From Chara braunii (taxonomy: Eukaryota; Plantae; Charophyceae), in NCBI GenBank assembly GCA_003427395.1, contig BFEA01000003.1:622671-686670 (forward strand): 64,000 nt of DNA, written 5' to 3'. Below, one piece after another: positions 13,401-27,092 of this stretch. Made by a program: the position numbers and the translations under genes. The notes beneath the pieces are model-generated. The model searched no databases and was not told where the DNA came from. It worked only from the letters and a program-made list of their open reading frames with translations. Each line of letters opens with the position of its first letter. The stretch's first letter is position 1.

Positions 13401-14687
13401 AGTCCCACACACTTCTTTCATGTCACTGCCTCTCCCGTCTCAGTCCCTTCGCTGGGCAGAACCAGTCTCGGGCCCGTCCTCTACCGATTCCGCTGGCGGG
13501 TGCTCTCTTCGCCACTGCTCCAGTGAGTCCAGTGCATGAAAAGACCTAGTCTGTGTATCGCTGGCCTCAGACGTTGCATCGGAGTCTCGGTCCAGCTCTT
13601 GCTGTTCTCTCTCAGTCGTGGTCGTGGAGGTCTCCTCTTCACGGTAAGTAACCGTTACCTTTAAACTCGCAGTCACTCCATCCCTTCTGAACCTGCGTTC
13701 GGCCCGGTTACAAGCCTCTGTACTCACACCCTGGATCTTGTTGTCCTCTCTCATCTCTTGCTCCTTCCCTTTGTAGACATTAATTTTTAGCTTGGACATC
13801 CTACCACTTTTACTATAGCTCAAGCAGGCATCCACTGTAGCCTCCTTTTCACGCATAGGCTCTTAACTCAAGTAGAACCTCAAATGCCCTGACCTGTAGC
13901 CAAAAAGGTCATTGGTACGTGCCATAACCGCCTGGTTGATGAGTTGAGATCGGTGCTCAGCACTAGCGCACGTAGACTGCCCACTTCACTCGAGGGCCGA
14001 GACCGAGCCGTCCCGGAATAGCCGCAGTCTAACACCCCAAGCACTAGCAGGCTGACTACCACACTCCCTTTGCCACTTACCTCTCACGCCTCAGCTTGCC
14101 AGTAGACAGCGAGGCAAAGTCGCCCATACACTCGCAGCCAAGAACTCGGCTCCCCCTTTCTTTTATAGGATCGCTTCCTACTGTGATCCCTGAGTTCTAA
14201 AACGCGGGTACTTTTCAAACCAAGTATTCTAACTCCCTATGAATCTTGAATTAGTGATTTATTATGATTTGAACAAGAAAGGAAAATGCGAAGCAGGATA
14301 TCAAAACAATCGCGTCCCCATTTTGAAATGACTGCGGACTTGACGTTATGGTCCCATAACGGGATCCCGACGGCGAACTCTTCCTTTTCAAAACATACCG
14401 TCGGCCCACCTCTATTGGGTAACCGTGTCCGATGGCAAGGAGGGGGCTTATGGCCTTTCCTTGGAGGGTGATAAGCCTCCTACCAATGCGGCCGCGGGTC
14501 GCCCCACTTTTGGGGTCCCACTGCGCGGCGCTCAACCGGACAGTTCATCCACAGACGATATACAAGGGGTCGGCCAGTTTAGGTCGTAAACCACAGTTTG
14601 AGCTCGGAATTCGAACCGTTTGCCTTCCCGCGAAATGACAGGCCGAAAGGAAAACCGAGTCTGACAATCGTGGGAAAAGAAAAATTA

Positions 14688-14729
<42 letters not shown>
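14688..14729. repeat. (AAT)n microsatellite
   Basis: Read directly. Confidence 0.9.
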
Positions 14730-14730
<1 letters not shown>

Positions 14731-15668
14731 TCGAGAGGAAAAGAGAGTTATGACATCATAATTACCCCGAACTAAGGCAGGGAGGGACTTAGACCATCGC
14801 ATAAATTCGGCGCTTAGGTTTTTTGTTTCTTTCCCCATATTTCCTTTTCCTTTGCTTCTCTTTTCTTGGTTCTCTTCATTTTGACAGCAATATCTGTCCC
14901 GTGCACCTAACCCATAACCTGGCAGAGGGGCACTCGGCGCGCAGTAGAAAAGACCGCGCCCGTCCCTCTACCTTCGCGTCCCAGGGCGAACCCGGCGGCT
15001 ACCACGGCCACAGGTCGGAAGTGCTCTACTGTATAGCAGGGCGTCGAGCCTGCGTGGACCAATGGAAAGCCCAATGGCGCACCCCCAAGCTTTTGCTAAG
15101 GTGCACGCCAACTGGACCGGTCTATAACAGGGCACAATCCGGGTGTACCAAGAGAATCACAGAGGTTCGGAAACAGCCCGACGAGCCACAGACTTTTGAG
15201 TAGGGCGCTTGTACCGAGCAGGAGCCTAGCACACAGAGGAGGGCCGGGACACCACACCCTCCGACAACACGTTGGGGGGGGGGGGTGCACAAAGGGCAAG
15301 AAGTGTTTTTTTTGTTCCCAAAGTTGGGGGGCGCTCGGCCCCACCAAGGTCATGACTACGCAGTCGCGTGGCAAGGGCCACGTAGGGCAAGTGGTGGGTA
15401 TTTTGCTCCCAAGCCATGATATTATGCACACACATGGGGAGGGCCAGATAGGGTGAGGATTGGCTTTCCAGTACCCAAACACCAAGGGCATGCTTCGCGC
15501 CCTCCCATCACAATTACGCTTGTATGCAGGGGGGGGAAGACACCCTCCATCTCTCCCCCTCTACAAAAAATCTTCTGTGAAATTGATTGAATACTTGTTT
15601 GAGCAAACTTTTATCTATAGAATGAGAAGATTCAGAATTTTGTTTTCATCATGAGAGAAAGATGAATC

Positions 15669-15704
<36 letters not shown>

Positions 15705-16059
15705 ATATACATAATATTACTGACGAATATACATAGTGCATGACAGGAAGACACGCGGACACGTATCCATGTTTTCAGATAGATGGCGCGCCGCACTGGC
15801 CAAAAGCTTACAATGTGGCACCCACCCCAACATGGGCTCGGGCACAGTTCTCCTTTGAGCCGAAAACCTCGTGCCACATTGGGCAAAAGGGGCTTCAGAC
15901 GAACGCAACAAAACTGAAAAACAAAAAAAAAGGAAGAAAAAAAAGAAGCAAGCAGCTCATCGACCCCTATACAAGGGCGACGACTCTCTTCAAACACGGA
16001 TGACCTCCGTTCCAACTGAATCCAACATTTGAGGAGGGGTGGGGAACCAGAAGGTGGGG

Positions 16060-16634
16060 GAAACCATTGGAACAAAGGGCCGAATCTGAACAGATCGTGA
16101 CGACAAGGCCACTCTACTGCTTACAACACCCCGTTCCCTCTCTAAGTCGTGTGCAAAGGGTTTAGATCCCTGAGCGAAAGAAATTGCGATGAAGAGACCC
16201 CAGGGCGTCGGTGCTCCGCCGCAGGAGGGACCCCTCCAAACTTATGCTTTCGGGGCTAGACGGGCTGGCCCTATCGACAGCCGTGTGTCATCCGAGGAGG
16301 CATACGCCGTCATTGCAAGCACAAATTCTGACTTAGAGGCGTTCAGTCATAATCCCACGCACAGTATCTTTGCACCCCTGGCTTTTCAGCCAGGCACAAT
16401 TGCCAATTGTGCGAACCAACGGTTCCTCTCGTACTGGGTTGGATTACCATTGCGACGGCGGTGCATCAGTAGGGTAAAACTAACCTGTCTCACAACGGTC
16501 TAAACCAAACTCACGTTCCCCGTTGGTGGGTGAACAATCCATCACTTTGTGAATTCTGCTTCACAATGATAGAAAGAGCCGACATCGAAGGATAAAAAAG
16601 CAACGCTACTATGAATGCTTGGCTGCCACAAGCT

Positions 16635-16667
<33 letters not shown>

Positions 16668-17167
16668 ACCTTCAAGTCCTGAAACGCTAAAGGATCGATT
16701 GGCCATGTTCTCACATTTTGTATTTGTACTGGTAATTAGAATCAAATGAGTTTTTGCCCTTTTTCTCCACATGAAATTTCTGTTCTCGTTGAGCTCATCC
16801 TAGGACACCTGCGTTATCTTCTAACAGATGTGTCGCCCCAGCCAAACTCTGCACCCGACAATGTCTTTTGCTTGGATTGGACAGGCCACGAGGGCCTGCA
16901 CCTTGGATCGAGAAGCAGGCGCAGAGACCTGGCTCCACCTCACGAAATAAGTAAAATAAGGTTAAAAGTAGTGATATTTCACTTGCGTCGTAAAACTCCC
17001 ACTTATTTTACACCTCTCAAGTCATTTCACAGAGTCGAAGTTTTCAAACTAGAGTCAAGCTCTACAGGGTCTTCTTTACCCGCCGATTCTTCCAAGCCCG
17101 TTCCCTTGGGTGTGGTTTCGCAGGATGGTAGATAGGGACTGTGGGAATCTCGTTAATCCATTCATGT

Positions 17168-17206
<39 letters not shown>

Positions 17207-17259
17207 CAGAGTCATAGTTACTCCCGCCGTTTACCCGAGCTTGGTTGAATCTCTTCACT

Positions 17260-17293
<34 letters not shown>

Positions 17294-18857
17294 CGTCAAC
17301 ATCCGTTGGGACCATCGCAATGCTTTGTTTTAATTAAACAGTCGGATTCCCCTTGTTCGCACCAGTTCTGAGTCGGCAGTTTGATGCTTAGGGAGAGTCC
17401 CACGGCCCCACCTGAAAGGTGGGGACATAAAACATTCTACGCCCGTCGACACACCGGCACGCGGGCTCCGCCCTCGCCGAGAGAGCATCTCGAGCAGACC
17501 ACCGACAGCCAACGACATCGAGGCGCAGACCCCTAGGCCCAACCCTCAGAGCCAATCCTTTTCCCAAGGTTACGGATCCATATTGCTGGTTTCCCTTACC
17601 TACATTCTTCCTTTCATCAAAGGCTGCTCACCTAGGAGACCTGATGCGGTTATGAGTACGGNCGGGCGTGAGAGGTACCCGCAACTCCAGATTTTCAAAG
17701 GTCGTCGGGGGCACGCTGGACACCACAGGATGCGTGGTGTTTTGCCGGGCGCTGCACCCTATCTCCGGTTCATCCAATTCCAGGGTGGGCGAACCGTCAA
17801 GAAGGAAAGAGAACCCTCCCCACGGCCCCCGCCTGCATCTCCGGAGCTGCTTACGTTACCATCCCCCTCCATAACCCGGTTCGGGAATATTAACCCGACC
17901 CCCTTTCGATGTGTGGCGCGCAGTGCGCCCTTGATACAAGGTTTCCACATCTCTTATGGTTGATTGACCCATGTCCAAGCGCAGTTCACATGGAACCCTT
18001 CTCCACTTCCGTCTTCAAAGTTCTCATTTGAATATTTGCTACTACCACCAAGATCTGTACCGGGACCCGCTTCACCTAGGCTCACGCTCCAGGCTTCGCA
18101 GCAGGCCCCATGCCCTCCTACTTGTCACGACGTCGAAATTGCCACAACGACCGAGCATAGGTTGCACGCTTCGGCGCCATCCATTTTCGGGGCTGATTGA
18201 TTCGGCAGGTAAGTTGTTACACACTCCTTAGCGGATTTCGACTTCCATGACCACTGCCCTGCTATCTGTATCAATCAACACCCTCTGTGGTGTCTGGGTT
18301 AGTGCGCAGTTTGGCACCGTAGCTCGACTTTCGGTTCATCCCGCATCGCCAGTTCTGCTTACCAAAAATGNCCCACTTGGAGCTTTCATTGATCCTCGGG
18401 GTTCGCTTAAGCAACCCCAAAATCTTACCTATTGAAAGTTTGAGAATACGTCGAGGGTGTTTCACCCCCCGTCGCCCCCAAGGCCTCTAATCATTCGCTT
18501 TAGCCGATAAAACTATTCAACAGCTCCAGCTATCATGAGGGAAACTTCGAAGGGAACCGGCTACTAGACGGTTTGATTAGTCGTTCGCCCCTTTACCCAA
18601 GTTTGACGAACGATTTGCACGTTAGTATTGCTGCGAGCCTCCACCAGAGTTTCCTCTGGCCTCGCCCTGCTCAGGAATAGTTCACCATCTTTCGGGTCCC
18701 AACGGGCATGCTCAGACTCAAACCTCTCACAGACGATCGTGGTTGGCGGACGGCGCACCTACAGAGGGTTCCTACCACACAGGTTTCTTCCGCCTCGTGG
18801 GCTAATCACCCACCGGCTCNCATGCACGTTGAACTCCTCAATCTGTATTTCAAAACG
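16060..18857 (-). rRNA. 26S: 26S/28S LSU rRNA pseudogene, 5'-truncated (from the CGTCTTGAAACACGG region to the 3' end)
   Basis: Many universal LSU motifs in antisense (gttatccctgtggtaacttttctgacacc, catttggctaccttaa, gagggaaacttcg, gccactctactgcttacaac); many substitutions and small indels. Confidence 0.96.
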
Positions 18858-19679
18858 CTGTCAGCACAAATACCCTTACAAGGGTACCCACCCTATTTTT
18901 TTGCAAGCGATTGAGAATAAGTTTCGTCTAAAGTTTAGGCATACTGCTCGAGGCGCGACTGTAGTCCCGATTTACGTTGACCGGGTGGTTGACTAGAGCA
19001 GAGAGTGTGTGGGCACGCACACTTAAGGCACGAATGATCTCTTTGGCCTCTGATGATTGTGGAGACTGGTGTTGGTCGCCGACCAGACTTTTTATTTTTT
19101 ATTAAATTATGATTAAAAAAATCATGCCTCTTGATTGGTACGCTTGCCTTTGATTTGTGCATACGTGCGGAGGACGACGTCGACGACAATGTGATTTTTG
19201 AAAACGTTGCGGTGGGTCTGTGCATCGTGTAGTATCTGTTTGTTTAGGTCTCAGTTAAAACCAGACACTGACTTGGGCATAGCACTATTGGTTACGGTAT
19301 CGGGCTTCCATTCGGGAGATTCACAGATCGAGATTGAGTGACGACGACACGAGATATCTAAGTAGCGTGAAGGGACCGAAGGGTTGAAGGTTCGGCGGGG
19401 CTATTCCCCTTGGTCTTGTCGTCGACAGAGTTGGGATGGTATTAGCGGGTCTTTTTTCTTTTCTTTTTGCCTGTCGTTTTCTAATGGTCAAAGTTTTCTA
19501 AAAAATTTATTATTTAACGTAGTATTAGTACTATTTTTATGCTCCAGTGTTCCTTGAGTCGGACGCAACGCTGGTCTTAGGGACCAGCACGGAGGTCGAG
19601 GACCTTGAGTACGCACCTCCTTTTATTGATCTATGGATTCCTTGCGTGTTCGGGATGCTGGTGAAGGTCCTTGGTCCCA

Positions 19680-19870
19680 CCGTCTTAAGACCTGGGCCGA
19701 ATAAGTCGACATGCATGCAAGTCGGTGGGGGATTAGCCCACGAGGCGGAAGAAACATGGGTCGCGCAGGCCTTTTTGTGGGTATACTGCCCACCAGCTGC
19801 GAGCCTGCTGTGAGAAGTTTATGTGTGAGCATGCCCTTTGGGACCCGGACTGGTGGTGAGCCTCACCGGG
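19680..19870 (+). pseudogene. Diverged inverted copy of an LSU rRNA segment (equivalent to ~18670-18857)
   Basis: catgcatgcaagtcggtggggattagcccacgaggcggaagaaac..tgtgagaagttt..gagcatgccctttgggacccg aligns with the minus strand of the 26S copy. Confidence 0.8.
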
Positions 19871-19931
19871 CGCAGTAGGACGGGTACGCCGGAAGGAGGC
19901 CGCGGGGTTGCAGGAGCCAGCCACACAAAAG

Positions 19932-20000
19932 CCTTCTCCGCCTCGATCGTCAAAGTTCTCATTTTAATATTTGCTACCACCACCAAGACCCGTGTCAGGC
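19932..20000 (-). pseudogene. Short LSU rRNA segment (equivalent to ~17997-18065)
   Basis: caaagttctcattttaatatttgctaccaccaccaaga. Confidence 0.75.
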
Positions 20001-23000
20001 CCGACACGTCTAAGCCCGTACTTTGGGCTCACACCCTCAGCTCCGTGGCCGTTGTTGGTATGTGGGTTGCCCATTGGGGACCCGAAAAGGGGTGAATGGC
20101 ACGGGGGTTGGGACAGTCGGGGCAATATAGCAAAGCCACACAGAACAAAGGCAAGACCAGCATGGCTGAGACTGCAAAGCTGCTTTTATGAGACGATTGT
20201 CTGCGGGACTCGGGTATAAAGCTAGAAAAAAAAAAAAAAACTTACCAGCCTGTTTCGTAGTTAGACTCCTTCAAAGTTCCCCAGAGCATTGAGCCGTGTG
20301 ACCAAGGGACCGCTCGCTACTATGAATAGGCAGCGGGGGAGAGCACGACGGACAACAGGGAGGGAAACTCAATTTGGGCGCAAAATCGTGTCGAATGCAT
20401 TCGGAGGACAAACAATGGAGGAACGCTGACATAGCGGGAGTAGAAAGCGTGTAACCCACCCGTTCCTTGATGGAAACGAGTGGGAAAGGAGGCTTATGCA
20501 AGCCTCTTTGACAAGGTGAATTTGTAAGAAGTGTTAGAACAGCGGGAGGATTAGTGAAGCGGGAGATGGTTGATAAAGGAGCTGCGCGAAAGATTGAGAG
20601 GAGCGGCTACGACAGAGGTCGGAGACGCATATCCCGCTCGGTTCATGGTGAAAACGAGCGGGGGAAAGTGGTAGGAGAAGGTTTTGGGCCGGGGGGAATT
20701 CGATGACGAAATCAGAATGGCGAGTGCGGGAGTGTAAAGGGAGTTAGGAAGAAATGGGGGTGCGCTGCAGTGCAGCGATGGCAGAAAGCGGAGGAGAGGG
20801 AGAGTAGAATTGAAATAATTTGGTCATTTCTTGACCAATTTTAGCGATTTTAGATGTTGTACTGAGGTTCTAAAGCGTTACAAATCGTTTGGCCGCGACG
20901 GATTTTCTGTTTGAGTAACAGTTTAGGTGGTATGTGTGAGAGGAGCCGTGCCTAGTGGTAAATGCGTTGTTCTAACGTAAAACGAGAATGTATCTCCCCA
21001 CGATTAGGGAAGAAATCATCCTCGTTTCGCATATTTTGATGAGTGATGCAGCGTGATCTTAGTCGAGCGCATCAGCATCAAGATCCAACTTGTGAAAACG
21101 GTGCCCATCGTTGCGATCCCGTCACTAAACCATCATGGTGGTGATTTCGTGTTGAAGTGCTCGTCATGTCCGCTATGGCCGAGATCATTGCCGCCTAGCT
21201 CGCGGTGATTGTTTTCTACCCCTGCTTAAGCTGCAGTTCTTATCAAGTTGTCATCGCTGCCCGTACTGCTCAATATTGAGCATGGTCGAGGTGTTTAGAG
21301 CGGTGTTCATGCTGTTCATTGTGGCTATAGTCGTTACCGGGGTGATCATTGTGGCGATGCGCTTCAACCAGGTGATGATTGTCCGCCTGGCAGAGGAGCC
21401 GAGGTGCTCACATTCATTTTCGACACCTAGGTGTTTATCTGCATGCTTGGCTATGAGGCGCTCTTAATTGTAGGAATAGGAAGATAACCGATACGAACAA
21501 CGCAGGCACGTGTGCACGACACACACACGCACACACAAAGAGAGAGATTGAAAAAGAAAGGAGGGAGAAAGGGTTGGATGAGTATGGATGAGGGGCCGAA
21601 GAATGTGTAAAGGCGGGAGCAGGTGATGCAAAGTATACTTACCTAGCAAGGGGATATGTATTATTCCACGTTTTAGTGGAAGATTTATTGTCATATTGGC
21701 TTACGAAAGGTATAGCACGAGCGGCGGACTCTTGCTGCATGTATCTTTCCACATTCCGACTTAAAATTCATTCTCATTTTAAAACGTCGGTGAGCAGGGC
21801 ATTATGAACATACTCTTGCACGTCTCAGGGTAAGCATTGTGCACTGTCAACTACGGTAGTTCGCAACTATTATGATGCGGCACAATGTAGGAGGCAACTG
21901 CTGCTTGCTAAGCACCACATTTCGTTGTGCCATGCTAGGATCTGCAGAAGGTCTTACTGCGTTGCCGTCATTGCTTCCATCGGTGCACTCACCTTTTTGG
22001 TTGCACCGAGTAGAAAGGAAAGAGAGGTGAGGATAAAAATTTATCTGTTGGTCAGCTGGACACCTTCCCCGACAACCGGAGCAATAAGGAGAACGAGTTG
22101 GAGACTCACCTATTGACGGAGATCGTTATGAATCCTACCATGTGGAGTAGAGAGGACCGAGAGATAGAGTTGAAAACTTACCTGAGGAGCGATTTTTACA
22201 AATATCCCATTGAACGAAAGAGCCAAAGAATGAGCCGTGAGAGTGATGACTTGGTGGGGTGTTTGTTCCCGAACGGGAGCAGCTGGAGACTGTCGAGCTG
22301 AGCAAAACCGTCTTGTCAATGACAGTAATGAATGGCAATCTGGGGCTTGAAGGCTTACCTGTTAATCTGTGCGCAATCCGGCCTGTCGAGTGGAATGATG
22401 TGAGCCCAGCCGTATGATTGTAGGCTTAACTGTTGGCCACCGCACGAACCATTGTGTGGATCAAAGCAGTTGCAAGCAGGAGGGGACGTGTCGGGTCACT
22501 CGTCGGTTGATACGTCGCCCATCCTACCGGGCCAAGGTGGTATGAGGCCAACCCGGGGTTGGATACTTACCGAGTTTTGGTAATGAAGGCATGACCGATA
22601 CTTGTGTATGCTCTGCACAATGCATGGTCATGGACTGCGTTGCTGTCACACTGTGGGGCGGTAGAAATAAGGCTCTGTTTTCTTTCTTTTGATCACAGCC
22701 CCTATCTTGAGCAGTGGTTTGTGCATTTTTTGTCACGAAGCGACAAAGTGGCTGAGCCTTTGAAGGGGGCAGGGTCCTTGTTGCAAGGTGGGAGAAGCCG
22801 CCGACAAGTCTGCAGTAGACAGTTTGACTTTGTTTTGACCAAGCTGTTGCATGTGTTTTGACCATCATTGCGGGGCCCTCAGGCGGTAGAAGATAACATA
22901 GCCCTCTCCTAGGAGTTGAGTCGGTCCCTCTCTTTTATCTTGAGCGTTTGAAACCCCTCCTTCTTCCCCTCTTACTCTCAGTCTAGTCCTGTTCTGAGAG

Positions 23001-24394
23001 GAAGGCGGCAGGCGGGATTGCAACCCGTAGGACCGCAGCAAGACTCTGTGGGGATTCCGCCCACCGATTGAGGGAACTCTGCCGGAACTCGGGAGGAGTT
23101 CAGGAGGCAGGGAATTGAGAGGCAACCTTCCATCCCCATCTATAAACCCAGTATAACCCCTATTTGTATCTCTTGCTATGTTTGACTGAATATACTGCTT
23201 GTACCCTTACTTTGACTTTAAGTTTGACTTTCATGACTTAAAACAGATTTAAATAAAGGAAGGTATGCGCAATGTCAGTTTCAGGTTTGTTGTCTGACCG
23301 AAAGCAGATTGTGGGTTTGCATCTGAGGGAAGGATGAAAGGAAGGCTATTTTGCTTGAGTCTGACCGAGTCTATCAAGGGTTGGGCTAGTCTCAATAAGT
23401 TTGGGGAGACACAGTGCTATGTTTATTTTTGAATTGTTTGGAGAACCAGACATTTTCCATAAGTTTGGGTGGTCTGATTGCTCTGACTTGCGAGGGTTGT
23501 TTGTGGCTGAGTTATTAGGGACCAAGCATTGTTCTATAAGTTTTTGTGGTTTAGTGGCCTTATTTATTTTGGGTTTGTTCAGTTTCTTTTTGTTCTGAAC
23601 GAGGGGGTCTGAGCATGTTCCATAAGTTTTGGTGGTTCAGCCTCTTCCTGTTTTATTTAAGGGAATGAATCAAGCAGAGGACCAGACATGTTGCGTAAGT
23701 TTGGGTGATCTTCGTCCAATGTCATGCACATGCTGAAATCAAAAGAGTATAACTTGGCTATATTTTATTACTATCCTACTTATGAACAGGCTACTCATGC
23801 ATGGTTCCATAAGTCTGGGTGGTCTGACTATAGCTTATCACAAACTGAAGAGAGTATTAATTAAAAATAAATTTGCGGTACGAAGGCGCAAACCAAATCT
23901 CGAGCTGAAGATGATCGGTTCAATTATATGCTACCGCAAAAACCTAAGTGCAGACAATTATATATAATCGGGCTATCCTAAACAGTTCAGGACGACTAGG
24001 ACATCCTAGTCATATGCCCAAAGAAGAGAAAAATTGTTGTGACCTGTGTTTGTGTATATTCAATGGTTAAGTTAAATATGTTTCATAAGTTTAGTTGGCC
24101 TAGCTTTATGCCCTATGTAAGCTGGGTATAAAGGGATAAATCATTGAAAGGCTATGAACTATTGTTTGATAAGTTTGATTTACGGATGGTGAAAGTATTT
24201 ACCTTTGTGGTGTGATCTTGCATGTGGCTGAGTGAGATTACTGTTTGGTCTGAGGTTCAGTTTAATAAGTACTTGCTTTAGATGTTCGCCACGTGCTAAA
24301 GCCATAAGAGTTAGTTTTAATTTCTGCATTTTTAAGCAAAGTTTATTTTACTTAGGTCGATTTTTGTATTTTTTGGGATCATTTATTGTACTTG

Positions 24395-24870
24395 GTCTTG
24401 TATAAATCTTAGTAAGATACTTTCTCTACCGGAAGTGCTGCTGAAATTTCTACAAAACCAAGAAGTTAGTCAGATTTTGTCTTTGCAAAGTTCAGTTTGT
24501 CTGACTTTTATATATCACTTGGTAAAAATCTGAAAAGTTTCATTTTCTAAAGAGATTGCTGCCCAAAATTTTGCTAGTTCACGAAGTTAGACAAAATTGG
24601 ACCTTGAGAAGTCAAAGTCACTTTTGATTATGAACTTAGGTTTGTATAAATCTTGGATAAGCATTTTTTTAAAGGAAATGTCGCTAAAATTTTTACAAAT
24701 TTAAGGAGTTAATTAAATTTTATCGTAGTTGAACTCAGGTTTTGCTCTGGGTTCATATCTGACTTAGTAAAAATATGAAAAGTGTTCTTTTCTAAAGGGA
24801 GTGCTGCCCATATTTTTACTAATTCAGGGAGTTAGACAAAATTTGACTTTCCAGAATTAGAGATTATTCT
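24395..24870. repeat. Diverged ~120-bp AT-rich tandem repeats
   Basis: Recurrent aaatc/at..ttttctaaag..tgctgc..aattt..gagttag.caaaatt, about four units. Confidence 0.65.
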
Positions 24871-25377
24871 NNNNNNNNNNNNNNNNNNNNNNNNNNNNNN
24901 NNNNNNNNNNNNNNNNNNNNNNNNNNNNNNNNNNNNNNNNNNNNNNNNNNNNNNNNNNNNNNNNNNNNNNNNNNNNNNNNNNNNNNNNNNNNNNNNNNNN
25001 NNNNNNNNNNNNNNNNNNNNNNNNNNNNNNNNNNNNNNNNNNNNNNNNNNNNNNNNNNNNNNNNNNNNNNNNNNNNNNNNNNNNNNNNNNNNNNNNNNNN
25101 NNNNNNNNNNNNNNNNNNNNAGAATAATCTCTAATTCTGGAAAGTCAAATTTTGTCTAACTCCCTGAATTAGTAAAAATATGGGCAGCACTCCCTTTAGA
25201 AAAGAACACTTTTCATATTTTTACTAAGTCAGATATGAACCCAGAGCAAAACCTGAGTTCAACTACGATAAAATTTAATTAACTCCTTAAATTTGTAAAA
25301 ATTTTAGCGATATTTCCTTTAAAAAAATGCTTATCCAAGATTTATACAAACCTAAGTTCATAATCAAAAGTGACTTT

Positions 25378-27090
25378 TAGGTCTACCTTACGTTAGGCAT
25401 TGGCTTAGAGGTTAGCTTAGGCTTAGCTTGTAGAAGGGTATTGGGCGAAGATGTGCTATGGAGCTGTATTTTCCATACACTAATGAATTTAACTTGGGAA
25501 TTGACCCGTCTTGTGTTACAAGTCCCCTTGATCGCTTGATTCCGGACTTGAGTTTAGATTCAACTTGATCCTACGAGGTCATCGTTTGTTATCACTGATA
25601 ACAGTCCGGTTGCCGGTTTGTCGGTTTACGACTCAACTCCACTCCACTCTCATTACTCGACCTAAAAAGGCTTTAGCCCTGGTAGGTTTTATTGTTTTAT
25701 TAAGATTTTCACCGAGACTTTTATTGAATGACCATTTAACATAGGTATTAAATATTTAATTATGGAAGGTTGGATAAAGGTTGGGGCTTGAATGACTAAA
25801 GCGAGGGGTATGAGTATAGAGAGTGGTTGAAGTTGACTCCGTGTACTGTGTTGACTTTTGGTTGACTCTTTGGTGTGATTGCAGATATGTTATGTGGTTC
25901 AGATCTTGGATTTGATTGTTTGCGATCACATACATATATATGGCGGTGAGGAGTCCCACTGTGATTGTAAGAAGTGATTGTCACATACTTATTCCTCTTT
26001 TTATATATGTACATGTACATACCTATGTTTGGGTGGTTCGCGTGGCCTAAGGGGGCCACGCTTAAGGGATAAATTGGGGTCAAGATTGAGAAAGGAAGGG
26101 GAATTCCCTCCCTTTACTGATTGCTTGGTTTTTAAAAGATTTCTTATCCGGACGTTGGTCCTGGGCCTGAATTCGAGGTCCTTGTCCAAAACATCCCAGG
26201 TTGTAAACTTTGCATACAAGGAATCACCCCCCGCGCAGAGTTTATTTGCCCTGCCCATTGGGGCACTCAGCCTAAAGGTCGGAGGTGCCACGAAGGCCGC
26301 ACGACTGTTTCTTTAGTCGTGCAATATCGTGAAGGGGTAAACCTTCACGATACTTCAAGATTGACACTTGAGCGTCACAAGCGGTAAACAATCCCGCTAG
26401 GGACCGCTTGATTATGGAGACTGCATAGTACTCCATCATCACGACTGCATGCATATTCATACATTGTTAGTCGATATGGGAAGGTTCTGTATCCGTGTGG
26501 TGTTACTCTAAGTCTCGCGTGTATCGCCTATCCAATTTCCGCATCGGAAAGTTATAGGATGGTTACCGAAGGGATTAAAATCGTGTGGGTTGTTTTGTTT
26601 GTATCGATGTGTGTGTGTATTTTATTTTTTATGTCTTTAGAGTAGTGTGCGCGTGGTGTGTGGGAAGCGTCTTAGTCGACCGACGACGGGTCCCGCTTGG
26701 GACCTAAGCCCCTCAAGACGTTAGTTCACGTGCGGATCCGATAGAGGTGTAAAACCGCACGTAACCTGTATGCTACATAAAATAAAAAATGCCCTCGGCT
26801 CGTCCACCTCTCCGATTGCAGCTGATTAGCTTTCGTACTGTGGACTGGTAGCTCAACGGGGATACACTCACCAAAAGGAGGTGACAACTCCCGTAAGGTG
26901 CAGGTAAGTCGTGCCTCGCGTAGGCCCTATCCCATTGTAGGGGCTCGCGAGAGGTATGGCTGACGCACTCGGCCGGAGCGGCTTGCGGAAACTCCATAAG
27001 TATCACAATGAGGAATAAATCAACTCCTTCGTGACGCATCCGGAAGGGTCCCATCCCATTTTGTGCGGTGCTGGAGAAATACGCACGGTA
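25378..27090 (+). mobile_element. 5' LTR remnant of a gypsy element (start unresolved)
   Basis: Non-coding region ending immediately before a PBS; gag follows once the DNA transposon is removed. Confidence 0.5.
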
Positions 27091-27092
27091 GG

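Larger units (their letters stand above)
8815..15266 (-). mobile_element. 6.45-kb solo-LTR-like element with internal ORF remnants, inserted in the rDNA IGS
   Basis: TGTCG...CGACA termini; ACAC TSD at 8811-8814 and 15267-15270; first ~450 bp homologous to 62559-63010; minus-strand TATAAAAG at ~14160-14167. Confidence 0.75.

Noticed and set aside
8868-14640. Alternative TGTCA..TGACA boundaries for the IGS insertion
   Set aside because: Homology with the 62559 copy extends to 8815, and only 8815-15266 gives a clean TSD
17185-17210. R2 retrotransposon target site in 26S
   Set aside because: The site is present but uninterrupted
16189-18996. ORFs over the LSU region
   Set aside because: Spurious translations of rRNA sequence
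20226-20240. Poly(A) suggesting a 28S-derived SINE tail
   Set aside because: On the minus strand it reads G|GTAAG-T15, which fits a splice donor and T-rich intron equally well; no TSD found
24615-25377. Near-perfect ~255-bp inverted repeat flanking an N gap
   Set aside because: Both arms end exactly at the gap edges; most likely an assembly or scaffolding artefact
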